DNA from: an uncultured Gemmatimonadaceae bacterium
GTDB lineage: Bacteria; Gemmatimonadota; Gemmatimonadetes; Longimicrobiales; Gaopeijiaceae
Direction: 5' to 3'
Assembly: GCA_964407425.1 (NCBI GenBank)
Contig: CAYOVN010000001.1
Span: 2,381-66,380, forward strand
DNA length: 64,000 bases
In this document: one piece after another, positions 45,356 to 54,233 of the stretch
Layout: every line of letters begins with the position of its first letter
How positions within the stretch are numbered: the stretch's first letter is position 1
Notes under the pieces: model-generated
Told to the model about the DNA's origin: nothing
The model's input: only the letters and a program-made list of their open reading frames with translations
Databases searched by the model: none
Translations under genes and position numbers: made by a program

Positions 45356-45554
45356 GGTGCTTTTCCCACACCCGTCCCAAGACCGACCAGCCACTGACCG
45401 GACTCGGCTTTCCCAGGCCCATGCCCGAGGATAGTTTCCAGGGGTGGGTAATGCATGATTCAGGCCAGAACGGGAGCCCCCCGGGCGGACCGAGACTCCC
45501 CTCCCTCACGGGCGGTTCCGGCAGCTCTCATCACGAACTCCACAGGGTGGAATA

Positions 45555-46724
45555 ATGTCAGACAACAAACGGACCGAACTCGCCCCTGCCCTCAGCATGC
45601 TCTCTGAAGAAGAGGAAATGTTCCGGGAAGCCGTTCGGGATTTCTCCGAGAGTGAGATCGCCCCCCGGGCGACGGAGATGGACCGCAACGAAGCTTTCGA
45701 CGCCGATCTCATCCCGCAGCTCTTTGAGCTGGGCCTCATGGGAATCGAGGTTCCCGAGGAAATGGGCGGAGCTGGATCCACCTTCTTTACATCGATTCTG
45801 GTGGTGGAAGAGCTCTCTCGTGTAGATCCTGCGGTGGGTGTGTTGGTCGACGTTCAGAATACCCTTTGCATAAACGCATTCGTCCGCTGGGGATCCGACG
45901 CCCAAAGAGAGAAGTTTCTGCCTCGTCTCGCCTCCGACACGGTGGGAGCCTATGCCCTCTCCGAGGCCGGAAGCGGATCGGACGCTTTCGCCCTGGCATG
46001 TCGCGGGGCCCAGGACGGCGACGACTGGATTCTGAACGGCCAGAAACTCTGGATCACCAACGGGAACGAAGCGGGGGTCTTCATCGTCTTCGCCAACGTG
46101 AATCCCGAAGCCGGGTACAAGGGCATCACGGCCTTTGTTGTGGAAAAGGACATGGAGGGGTTCACCGTGGGGAAGAAGGAGGACAAGCTCGGCATTCGGG
46201 CCTCCTCCACTACCGAACTCCTCCTGGAAAACGTCCGCGTCCCTCCTGAGAACGTCCTGGGTGAGGTGGGTAAGGGATACAAGGTCGCCATCGAGACCCT
46301 GAATGAGGGACGGATCGGAATCGGAGCCCAGATGGTCGGGTTGGCCCAGGGTGCTCTGGACCACACCGTGAAGTACGTACAGGAGCGTGAGCAATTCGGC
46401 CGTCCCATCGGAGCTTTCCAGGGGGTACAGTTCCAGATCGCCCAAATGGCCACCGATCTCGAGGCCGCTCGTCTTCTGGTGTACAATGCCGCCCGACTGA
46501 AGGATGCCGGCCAGGACTTCCTCCGTGAAGCGGCTATGGCCAAGCTCTTCTCTTCCCAAGTGGCGGGCCGGGTAGCCTCCACGGCCATCGACCTCTTCGG
46601 CGGCTACGGCTTCAGCCGGGAGGACCCGGGGGAAAAACTGTACCGGGACGCCAAGGTGGGATCCATCTACGAAGGGACCTCAAACATGCAACTCCAGACC
46701 ATCGCGAAAATGCTGATCAAGTGA
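45555..46724 (+). CDS. Acyl-CoA dehydrogenase (short/branched-chain type)
   Basis: GAYALSEAGSGSDA, WITNG, GRIGIGAQMVGLAQGAL, YEGTSNMQLQTIAK. 389 aa. Confidence 0.93.
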   Translation: MSDNKRTELAPALSMLSEEEEMFREAVRDFSESEIAPRATEMDRNEAFDADLIPQLFELGLMGIEVPEEMGGAGSTFFTSILVVEELSRVDPAVGVLVDVQNTLCINAFVRWGSDAQREKFLPRLASDTVGAYALSEAGSGSDAFALACRGAQDGDDWILNGQKLWITNGNEAGVFIVFANVNPEAGYKGITAFVVEKDMEGFTVGKKEDKLGIRASSTTELLLENVRVPPENVLGEVGKGYKVAIETLNEGRIGIGAQMVGLAQGALDHTVKYVQEREQFGRPIGAFQGVQFQIAQMATDLEAARLLVYNAARLKDAGQDFLREAAMAKLFSSQVAGRVASTAIDLFGGYGFSREDPGEKLYRDAKVGSIYEGTSNMQLQTIAKMLIK

Positions 46725-46835
46725 TGACGCTTCTCAAGAGACGTCTGGATCGCCATCTTTGTCGTCCCTGCCGAAGCCCGGAGCCTCGGGCCTCGGCGGG
46801 GGCCTCAAACCTCTCGGACGGAAGGACAGGTAGGC

Positions 46836-47018
46836 ATGTTTGGGCTTGGTGTCGGCGAGATCTTCCTGGTGGTCGCCCTCCTAGTACTCCTCTTCGGGGC
46901 GAAGCGTATTCCCCTGATCGCCAAGGGCTTGGGGGAGGGAATCAGAAATTTCCGGACATCCGTCAAAGACGGATCGGAGGAGAGGGACCAACTGGAAAGC
47001 GGATCCGACGAGGACTGA
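46836..47018 (+). CDS. tatA: Twin-arginine translocase subunit TatA/E
   Basis: MFGLGVGEIFLVVALLVLLFGAKRIPLIAKGLGEGIRNFR followed by an acidic tail. 60 aa. Confidence 0.9.
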   Translation: MFGLGVGEIFLVVALLVLLFGAKRIPLIAKGLGEGIRNFRTSVKDGSEERDQLESGSDED

Positions 47019-47036
47019 CCTACCCATTCTCCCTAA

Positions 47037-47852
47037 ATGAGCACTTCACTCCTCGACAATGTGGTCGTGGTTCTGAACGAACCACAGAACCTGGTGAACA
47101 TCGCCGGAGTGGTCAGGGCTATGAAGAACATGGGCCTGAGCCGCCTTCGACTGGTACAGCCCGCCGAGTTCGACGCCTGGCGTATCGGAGGGATTGCCCA
47201 CCGAAGCAGTGACGTGGTGGAACAGGCTCAGATTTTCGATTCTCTCCCCGAGGCGCTGGCGGACACAGTCTTTGTCGTAGGAACCACCGCCCGGTCGAGG
47301 ACGGCCCAGAGAAATTACGTACGACCTCGGGAGATAGCCCCGACCGTCGTGAAGCACGCTCAAGAGAACCTGGTGGCCCTGCTTTTCGGGAGGGAAGATC
47401 GAGGGCTGGGGAACGAGGCCCTCGATCTGTGTCACGCCGCAGCCGTCATCCCCACCAACCCGGACTATTCAAGCATCAATCTGGCCCAGGCCGTGCTCCT
47501 CCTGAGCTACGAAATCTTCCTCGCCCGGGGGGAGGAAGAGGGCCCTCTCCCCAGAGGCCGACGGGCCACTCGGCCAGCCACGGTGGAAGAGTTGGAGAAT
47601 ACCTACGCCGCGTTGGAGGCGGGCCTTCACAGGATCGAGTTCTACAAAGCTCGGGAGCCGTCTGCCATCATGAGAACCCTCCGGACCGTCTTTTCCCGGG
47701 CCGAACCGGACTTACAGGAGGTTGGCCTCCTGAGAGCCATCGGGTTCGAGATGCTCAAGTACTTTGACCGGAACTCCTCTGCAAGTTCCCCCTCCGACCC
47801 CCAAGAAGCTGCCCCGGAAGGTGGGGCTGAAGGCAACCAGGACCCGGCTTGA
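47037..47852 (+). CDS. SpoU/TrmH-family RNA 2'-O-methyltransferase (TrmJ-like) with a C-terminal extension
   Basis: VVVLNEPQNLVNIAGVVRAMKNMG, LLFGREDRGL, IPTNPDYSSINLAQAVLLLSYE (the SPOUT knot motifs). Confidence 0.75.
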   Translation: MSTSLLDNVVVVLNEPQNLVNIAGVVRAMKNMGLSRLRLVQPAEFDAWRIGGIAHRSSDVVEQAQIFDSLPEALADTVFVVGTTARSRTAQRNYVRPREIAPTVVKHAQENLVALLFGREDRGLGNEALDLCHAAAVIPTNPDYSSINLAQAVLLLSYEIFLARGEEEGPLPRGRRATRPATVEELENTYAALEAGLHRIEFYKAREPSAIMRTLRTVFSRAEPDLQEVGLLRAIGFEMLKYFDRNSSASSPSDPQEAAPEGGAEGNQDPA

Positions 47853-47952
47853 TCCAGACCCCCGGCAGGAAACTGTTGTTTACATCACTGGCCGAGGCCT
47901 ATCTTTTTTACATAAGGCGACTCGACCAAAAGGACTCCTGACCAGCCTCCCT

Positions 47953-49458
47953 ATGTCCAATCCAGACCCACCTGCCGCCAGCACCGGCCTGGCCGAGCGC
48001 TACCGCGTTTTGTTGGACGTGGGGCACAAGCTCGCCCGAACCATGAGGCCGGACGAACTCTACCGGTCTATTTATAAGGAGACGGCACGGGTTCTGGAGG
48101 CATCAGGATTCTACGTCGCCCTCTACGATCGGGAGCTGGACCGGGCCACCGTGGTCTTTTACGCGGACCAGGGAGTGGAACAGAATGTCGAGATCACCTA
48201 CCGGGGATCCGACAGCGATGTGCTGAGGCAGGGGAAGAGCACCATCCTCTCGGACCGGGCTGAAAACCTCTCGCTGATGGTTCTCGGGGAGGAGGGCACG
48301 GAGCTGACCCGTTCCGCCATCTCCGTTCCCCTTCTGTATGAGGGTCTGGTGATCGGCGCCCTTTCGGCCCAGAGCTACCGACCGGACGCATATACCAACG
48401 ATGACCTGGAACTCCTTCAGGCCATCGCCGACCTGGCTGTGGTGGCCATCAACAACTCCAACCACGTCACCGAACTCGAAGCCCGCCGGCGGGAAGCCGA
48501 ACGGATCGAGGAGATTGGTCGGGCTGTGGCCGGATCCCTGGATGCAAAAGAAGTTCTCCGTACGGTGAACGATGCGGTCCTGGAACTCCTCCAGGCCGAT
48601 GCATCCACGGTATGGCTTCTTGAGGACGGGCAGGCCAAGGTGGCTTCGTCCCTCGGAAAGATCCGCCTGAAGGAGGGGACCCTCTGGCATCTGAACGACG
48701 ACCTCCATCAAGCGGTGGTCCGGGATCGAAGGCCCATCGTCGTAGAAGACGTTCCCAATTCCCAGCTCGTCCCGCCTGAGTTGGGCAAGGAACTGCGGGC
48801 AGGATCCCTTCTCCTGGTCCCCCTGGTCCTGGATGACGAGGTCACCGGCGGGCTTTCGGCCAGCAAGGTCGATAAGGAAGCAATCAGCAACCAGGAAGTG
48901 GAAATCCTCCTCCGTCTGGCGAACCAGACGGCCGTGGCCCTGGCCAATGCCCGACTCCACGAGAGCATCAGGGCCCTCTCCCTAACCGACCCACTCACCG
49001 ACCTCCCGAACCGGCGTCATCTGGACCTGCATCTCCGCCGAGAGGTAGCTGCCGCCCGGCGGGGCCGGCACGTTTGCGTAGCCCTCTACGATCTAAACGA
49101 TTTCAAGCTCCACAATGACCGGCTGGGTCATGTGGCGGGGGACAAAATCCTCCGATACTTCGGCCGCATCCTCCTGAGTGAAACCCGGGCCATGAACCTG
49201 GCGGCCCGGTACGGAGGGGACGAATTCATCACCGTTCTCACCGACGTCCCCCGGTCAGGCGCTGAGAGTCACGCCAAACGGGTGGAGCGAAGGGTCGCCG
49301 CCCATCCGGAGCTCTCCAAATACGGCCTCACGATCAGCTATGGCATTGCTGAATTCGATCCGATCAAGATGTTTGAGGTGGAAGATCTGATTCGCGAAGC
49401 CGACACGAACCTGTACCGCGTCAAGCAGGCGAGACGAGAGGGCAGGAACAACCGCTGA
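47953..49458 (+). CDS. GAF-GAF-GGDEF diguanylate cyclase
   Basis: Two GAF-like segments, then LTDLPNRRHL...ALYDLNDFKLHNDRLGHVAGD...RYGGDEFITVL. The RxxD I-site position reads RAMN. I chose the start at ATG 47953 because the track start 47764 overlaps the previous gene. Confidence 0.9.
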   Translation: MSNPDPPAASTGLAERYRVLLDVGHKLARTMRPDELYRSIYKETARVLEASGFYVALYDRELDRATVVFYADQGVEQNVEITYRGSDSDVLRQGKSTILSDRAENLSLMVLGEEGTELTRSAISVPLLYEGLVIGALSAQSYRPDAYTNDDLELLQAIADLAVVAINNSNHVTELEARRREAERIEEIGRAVAGSLDAKEVLRTVNDAVLELLQADASTVWLLEDGQAKVASSLGKIRLKEGTLWHLNDDLHQAVVRDRRPIVVEDVPNSQLVPPELGKELRAGSLLLVPLVLDDEVTGGLSASKVDKEAISNQEVEILLRLANQTAVALANARLHESIRALSLTDPLTDLPNRRHLDLHLRREVAAARRGRHVCVALYDLNDFKLHNDRLGHVAGDKILRYFGRILLSETRAMNLAARYGGDEFITVLTDVPRSGAESHAKRVERRVAAHPELSKYGLTISYGIAEFDPIKMFEVEDLIREADTNLYRVKQARREGRNNR

Positions 49459-49483
49459 GGTCCGGTAACTCCGGAAATTCAAC

Positions 49484-50263
49484 ATGAACATCGGTCACAA
49501 TGAACTCGGGCGCCTTTTGCAGGTGGCCCAAGATCTCGCGATTGAAGCAGGTGCCATCACCCTGAAGCACTTCGGGACCGTCCTTGCCTCTGACACGAAA
49601 GGGGATGGGACTCCCGTCACCGAGGCTGATCGGGCCGCCGAGACTCTGATGAGGGAAAAGATCGGCGCCCAGTTCCCGACCCATGGAATCCTTGGGGAGG
49701 AGTTCGGCGAAGCCAACCCTGGGGCACCCATCCGATGGATCCTGGATCCCATCGACGGCACCCGATCCTTCGTCCGGGGGGTCCCACTCTACGGTGTTCT
49801 CATCGGAATCGAGGTCGAAGGCACACCGGCGGTGGGTGTGGCTCACTTTCCGGCTCTCAACGAGATCGTAGGGGCGGCCCTCGGGCATGGCTGCAGCTGG
49901 AACGGTCGGCCGGCTCGGGTATCCGAGGTGGACACCCTGCCGGAGGCCGCAGCCCTCACCACGGACCCGGTGGAACTACTTGAAGGGCCGGCGGCGGCCG
50001 GGTGGGAAACCCTGGTCCGGGAAACCTCCCTGGCCCGAACCTGGGGAGACTGCTACGGGCATATCCTGGTCGCTACGGGGCGGGCGGAGATCATGGTGGA
50101 TCCCATACTCTCCCCCTGGGATGCAGCCCCCTTCGTACCCATCCTGACGGAGGCCGGAGGCCGGTTCACGGATCGGGATGGGAATGCCCGTTTCGACGGC
50201 GGGTCGGGAATCTCCACCAACGGCCTCCTACACGACCAGGTACTGTCCCTCCTTCGAGGTTGA
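49484..50263 (+). CDS. Inositol monophosphatase family protein (SuhB/HisN-like)
   Basis: DGTPVTEADRAAE, ILGEEFG, WILDPIDGTRSFV, GDCYGH. Confidence 0.85.
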   Translation: MNIGHNELGRLLQVAQDLAIEAGAITLKHFGTVLASDTKGDGTPVTEADRAAETLMREKIGAQFPTHGILGEEFGEANPGAPIRWILDPIDGTRSFVRGVPLYGVLIGIEVEGTPAVGVAHFPALNEIVGAALGHGCSWNGRPARVSEVDTLPEAAALTTDPVELLEGPAAAGWETLVRETSLARTWGDCYGHILVATGRAEIMVDPILSPWDAAPFVPILTEAGGRFTDRDGNARFDGGSGISTNGLLHDQVLSLLRG

Positions 50264-50270
50264 AAAAAAG

Positions 50271-50300
50271 GAAAGAGCCGTTCCGTGGAGCGGCTCTTTC
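50271..50300. terminator. Bidirectional intrinsic terminator between the convergent IMPase gene and actF
   Basis: Perfect 10-bp stem GAAAGAGCCG/CGGCTCTTTC with a 10-nt loop. An A7 run lies upstream on the plus strand, giving a U-tract for the minus-strand act transcript. TTTCGTATT lies downstream. Confidence 0.8.
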
Positions 50301-50326
50301 GTATTCCCACCCCCCCAGATCCCTGC

Positions 50327-51637
50327 TCAGACCGAGGCGCTCTCCGCGTCAAAAGTCTCCGCCTCCATGGACTCGGGCTCTGACATGGGTTGCCAGATCT
50401 GGACCGTCGGGAAGGTACTCAGGAACCAACGGACGCTCATGAGAAAAAGCCCCAGGAAGAAGAGTCCAATGGCCGGCTCCATGAGAGTGATCGTAGGATC
50501 GCCGTCATGAATTGAGGGAACCACCATCAGATAGCGTTCCAACCAGAGGCCCACGAGGATGACCGTCGCGAAGAACCGCAGGATGTTCGGGGTCACCTTC
50601 GCCTTCCGGCCGATGAGCCCTGCAAAGGGAACCACGAAGCACAGAAGGAGCGTAATTACCGTCAGACCACTCCAGGGGGCTTCGGACCGATGGATGATCC
50701 ACGCCTGCTCCCATGGAAGCTTCCCATACCAGATAACCAGATACTGGGAGAAGAAGAGGTAAGCCCAGAAAACGGTAAAGGCGAAAGCCAGCTTGCCCAG
50801 GTCATGAAGCTGCTGGACGCCCATGAGTTTGTTCAGATCCGGGTCCCGACCCTTTACGTAAACGGTGGCCCAGGCAGTGGCGGCAACCCCACCCCACAAA
50901 GCGCCCATGAAAAACCAGGCGCCAAAAATGGTGGAAAACCAATGGGGCTCCAGAGACATCGCCCAGTCGAAGGCCACAATGCTCAGGACCACGGCGTAGA
51001 GCAGGACCGACGCTGGCCCAAGCTTCTTCAGCGTCTGATAGCTACGGACCTCTTCCTTTTCCTGACCCTGCCAGTTCAGCATGAGACGATCCGCCCACCT
51101 GACTCGTCCAGCGTCACTCCCTGCCTTCCCTCCGTCCTTCACCAATCCCAGGTCCGGCCGCACCGACAGGTAGGCCATGTACAGGAAGACCCCAAACAAT
51201 AGGGCCAGGCCAACCACGTTCCGGGTGATGAGGAAGGGAAGGTTCAGATAAGCAGCCTTCCTCTGGATGATGGGATCGTGGGCCATAGCCTCGATCCATG
51301 GGAAATAGTCCTCCCCTAGACCCAGCATGGGCAGAAGCAGGATGAAGGAGATGGGAAGGAAGGCGGAGAACGCCAAGCCCACCCTCCGTACCGACCAGTT
51401 CCACCGAGCCTTCGTGATGGTCGTGGCGGAAAAAAGGACCATGGCACCACAGGCGATGCTGGTAAAGAACAGCCAGTTCACCACATAGGCTCGCCACGCC
51501 TGGGCCGGATCCTTCATCAGTGTACCGAAGAAGGAAATCAAGCCGAGGATAATGAGGATCACGAAGAACGCATTCGCCCCTTTTGACCGGGGGAGAAAGC
51601 GAACCGGGATCTCTTTAGGAATATGGATTTGTCCCAT
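50327..51637 (-). CDS. actF: Alternative complex III subunit ActF (NrfD/PsrC-like polytopic membrane protein)
   Basis: About 10 TM segments. It is the second NrfD-like paralog and the last gene of the act cluster order A-B-C-D-E-F. Confidence 0.8.
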   Translation of the reverse strand: MGQIHIPKEIPVRFLPRSKGANAFFVILIILGLISFFGTLMKDPAQAWRAYVVNWLFFTSIACGAMVLFSATTITKARWNWSVRRVGLAFSAFLPISFILLLPMLGLGEDYFPWIEAMAHDPIIQRKAAYLNLPFLITRNVVGLALLFGVFLYMAYLSVRPDLGLVKDGGKAGSDAGRVRWADRLMLNWQGQEKEEVRSYQTLKKLGPASVLLYAVVLSIVAFDWAMSLEPHWFSTIFGAWFFMGALWGGVAATAWATVYVKGRDPDLNKLMGVQQLHDLGKLAFAFTVFWAYLFFSQYLVIWYGKLPWEQAWIIHRSEAPWSGLTVITLLLCFVVPFAGLIGRKAKVTPNILRFFATVILVGLWLERYLMVVPSIHDGDPTITLMEPAIGLFFLGLFLMSVRWFLSTFPTVQIWQPMSEPESMEAETFDAESASV

Positions 51638-51647
51638 GTTCGTTTCC

Positions 51648-52295
51648 TCAGTTGGAGGGGGCCTCGGCCCCTCCGTCGTCCGCCACAGGGGGTGATGCCA
51701 CGCCCTGCAGCACCCGGAGATAGTTCACCACGTTCCATCGATCGAAGTGGGAAATACGATGCCCGTAGGAGGGCATGTTCCCCCGCCCAATTCGGATCAT
51801 CCCATAGATGTATCCGTCGCTGAACTCCATCACGCGATCGGAAAGCAGGGGATAGGGGGGATACCCGGCGGGAATGATGTAGCCCGACGCACCGTCACCG
51901 TTCGGCCCATGGCAGGGTGCGCAGAACCTCAGGAAAAGCTCTTCACCTCGATCCAGGGAAACCTCCGTCGGCTCCACAGGATTGGGCAGATTCACAACCA
52001 CATCCGCATTATTGAAGAGATCCAGCTGGGTGAAGGGAGGCGGCATTTCGTCCAGAGCCTCCGCCTGGCCCACGTTCACCTCTCCAGCCCTGGCCGGGAA
52101 GTTCCCGGAGGAGAAGGAGACCGATCCCTCCGGCGCCGTGAGGGGATCTTCATACGGATCGAAGGAGCTCTGGTCCCGCATGCTATTTCCGAAGATCCCC
52201 GCCATCACATCATCCAACGGAGAACATGCGGACGTAACAGCCAGCAGGCTTATCAGGGCGAACCAACGACCGGTCCTGACGTATCGCTCAGCCAT
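51648..52295 (-). CDS. actE: Alternative complex III subunit ActE (monoheme cytochrome c lipoprotein)
   Basis: Lipobox LLAVTSAC and a single CAPCHG heme motif. The start ATG at 52295 overlaps the actD stop by 8 nt. Confidence 0.75.
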   Translation of the reverse strand: MAERYVRTGRWFALISLLAVTSACSPLDDVMAGIFGNSMRDQSSFDPYEDPLTAPEGSVSFSSGNFPARAGEVNVGQAEALDEMPPPFTQLDLFNNADVVVNLPNPVEPTEVSLDRGEELFLRFCAPCHGPNGDGASGYIIPAGYPPYPLLSDRVMEFSDGYIYGMIRIGRGNMPSYGHRISHFDRWNVVNYLRVLQGVASPPVADDGGAEAPSN

Positions 52296-52824
52296 GAGCC
52301 ACCCCCTCCGGATCTTCCCGAAGCTCCGCCGGGTCCTGATCCGCCAGGATCTTACGAGCCTCGCCGACCCTTTCGGCGGATGCCGAGACATAAACCCCGA
52401 AACGACCGGCGCTGAACTCCGGATCGTAGACCGTCAGAGGTTTGAGATTGGGTAGGCGGGTGTTGATGAAAAGCCCGATGACCGTGGAAAGGGCCCCGAA
52501 AAGAATGGTCATCTCGAACGCGATCACCACAAAAGCCGGAATGCTGACGATGGGCTTTCCACCCACCACAAGAGGCCAATCCATGGCTGTGAAGATGGAG
52601 AGGGCAAACCCGGTAGCAGTCCCTGTCAGGGCTCCCACCAGGGCAAAGACCCTCACCGGACTTTGGCCATATCCCATGGCGTGTTCCAGGTCATGTTCCG
52701 GAACCGGGGCATAGGCCTGAATGGACTTCCTCTTGAACCCGGCCTTCCGGAGAGCCTCGATGGCATCCACGGCGGAGTCCAGATAATCAAAGGAAGCCAG
52801 AATCCCCTGCTTCGATCTGCTCAT
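52288..52824 (-). CDS. actD: Alternative complex III subunit ActD (DUF3341-like membrane protein)
   Basis: GILASFDYLDSAVDAIEALRKAGF followed by two TM helices. The position between actC and actE fits. The ATG overlaps the actC stop by 1 nt (TGATG). Confidence 0.7.
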   Translation of the reverse strand: MSRSKQGILASFDYLDSAVDAIEALRKAGFKRKSIQAYAPVPEHDLEHAMGYGQSPVRVFALVGALTGTATGFALSIFTAMDWPLVVGGKPIVSIPAFVVIAFEMTILFGALSTVIGLFINTRLPNLKPLTVYDPEFSAGRFGVYVSASAERVGEARKILADQDPAELREDPEGVAHG

Positions 52825-54200
52825 CAGGCTGCCCCCTCCTTCCTGGCACCCCGAAGGGGCGGCGGCAGGACCTCCTTGAGCTCGGCGATAGCCACCGGCG
52901 GGAGGATCCGAGTGAAGATCAGGAACCAGAAGAAGAACCACCCGAAGCTACCCACCATGATCCCCATCTCTACCATGGACGGTCTGTACATCCCCCACGC
53001 GAAGGGCTCGTACTCGTGGGAAAGAGATGTCACGATGATGACGAACCTCTCAAACCACATGCCGATGTTGATAAAGAGGGAGATGACGAAGAGGGCAGGA
53101 ATGGAGTGCCTGACTCTCTTGAACCAGAGCATGATGGGAATCAGGCCGTTACACACCAACATGATCCAGGTAGCCCACCAGTAGTCACCGAAGAGCCGGT
53201 TCCAGAACACGGTCCGTTCGATCTCTTCCCCGCTGTACCAGGCCATAAAGAACTCGCTCATGTAGGCATAGAGAACGATGAGCGAGGTCAGAAGTATGAG
53301 CTTGGCCATGGCATCGAAATGCTTGACCGTAAGGTACGCCTCGAGGCCGAAAATCTTCCGCAGTGGCACGGTCAGGGTGATGACCATGGCGACCCCGGAG
53401 AAAATGGCTCCAGCCACGAAGTAGGGTGCGAAGATCGTCGCGTGCCAACCGGGCACGATGGACATGGCGAAGTCCCATGAGACGACCGAGTGGACCGACA
53501 AAACCAGGGGCGTGGCGAATGCGGCCAGGAAGATGTAGGCCTTCCCGAAGTGGTGCCACTCCCGATCCGTTCCCCTCCATCCCATGGCGACGATCTGATA
53601 GAGCTTCTTCCTAAGCCCTTTGGCCTGATCCCGGGCTGCCGCTACGTCGGGGATCGTTCCCAGGTAGAAGAACACGGCGGAAACAGTGAAATAGGTGGTG
53701 ACGGCAAAAACGTCCCAGAGAAGGGGAGATCTGAAGTTGGGCCAGAGAAAACGGGAGTTCGGATAAGGAATCAACCAGTATCCGTGCCACACCCTTCCAA
53801 GGTGAATCAGGGGGAAAAGCCCGGCCGTCATAACGGCGAAGACCGTCATGGCTTCTGCCGCCCGGTAGATGCTCTGCCGCCAGGGGGCCCTAAAAAGGAA
53901 GAGGATGGCTGAGATCAGCGTTCCGGAGTGAGCGATACCCACCCAGAACACGAAGGTGGTGATGTACACCCCCCACCCCACGGGGCTCATGAGGCCAGTG
54001 ACCCCGATTCCCGTGACGATCTGATAGATCCAGCAGGTGAAGAAGAGCCCAACCCCTAAAACAGACAGGGAGAACAGGGCCCACCAGCCCTTCCCCGGCC
54101 GGGAGAGGATCTTCAGGATATCCGTATTGACCTGCCCGAACGATTCGACGTCCGGATGGGTCTGGGCTCCCCGTTCTTTTTCGTTCAATGCCGTCGCCAT
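52824..54200 (-). CDS. actC: Alternative complex III subunit ActC (NrfD/PsrC-like quinol-interacting membrane subunit)
   Basis: A 458-aa polytopic membrane protein with NrfD-like WGVYITTFVFWVGIAHSGTLISAILF. Confidence 0.85.
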   Translation of the reverse strand: MATALNEKERGAQTHPDVESFGQVNTDILKILSRPGKGWWALFSLSVLGVGLFFTCWIYQIVTGIGVTGLMSPVGWGVYITTFVFWVGIAHSGTLISAILFLFRAPWRQSIYRAAEAMTVFAVMTAGLFPLIHLGRVWHGYWLIPYPNSRFLWPNFRSPLLWDVFAVTTYFTVSAVFFYLGTIPDVAAARDQAKGLRKKLYQIVAMGWRGTDREWHHFGKAYIFLAAFATPLVLSVHSVVSWDFAMSIVPGWHATIFAPYFVAGAIFSGVAMVITLTVPLRKIFGLEAYLTVKHFDAMAKLILLTSLIVLYAYMSEFFMAWYSGEEIERTVFWNRLFGDYWWATWIMLVCNGLIPIMLWFKRVRHSIPALFVISLFINIGMWFERFVIIVTSLSHEYEPFAWGMYRPSMVEMGIMVGSFGWFFFWFLIFTRILPPVAIAELKEVLPPPLRGARKEGAA

Positions 54201-54233
54201 TCGTTGACTCTCGGCTCCGAAGCTCCCCGGAGG

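Noticed and set aside
45290-45554. Possible glycine riboswitch in the gcvH leader
   Set aside because: I read the minus strand and could not find the conserved GGAGAG...ACCGAAGGGGCAA...CUCAGGCAAAAGGAC cores in either tandem aptamer position. Only generic GC hairpins are present. A covariance-model scan would settle it.
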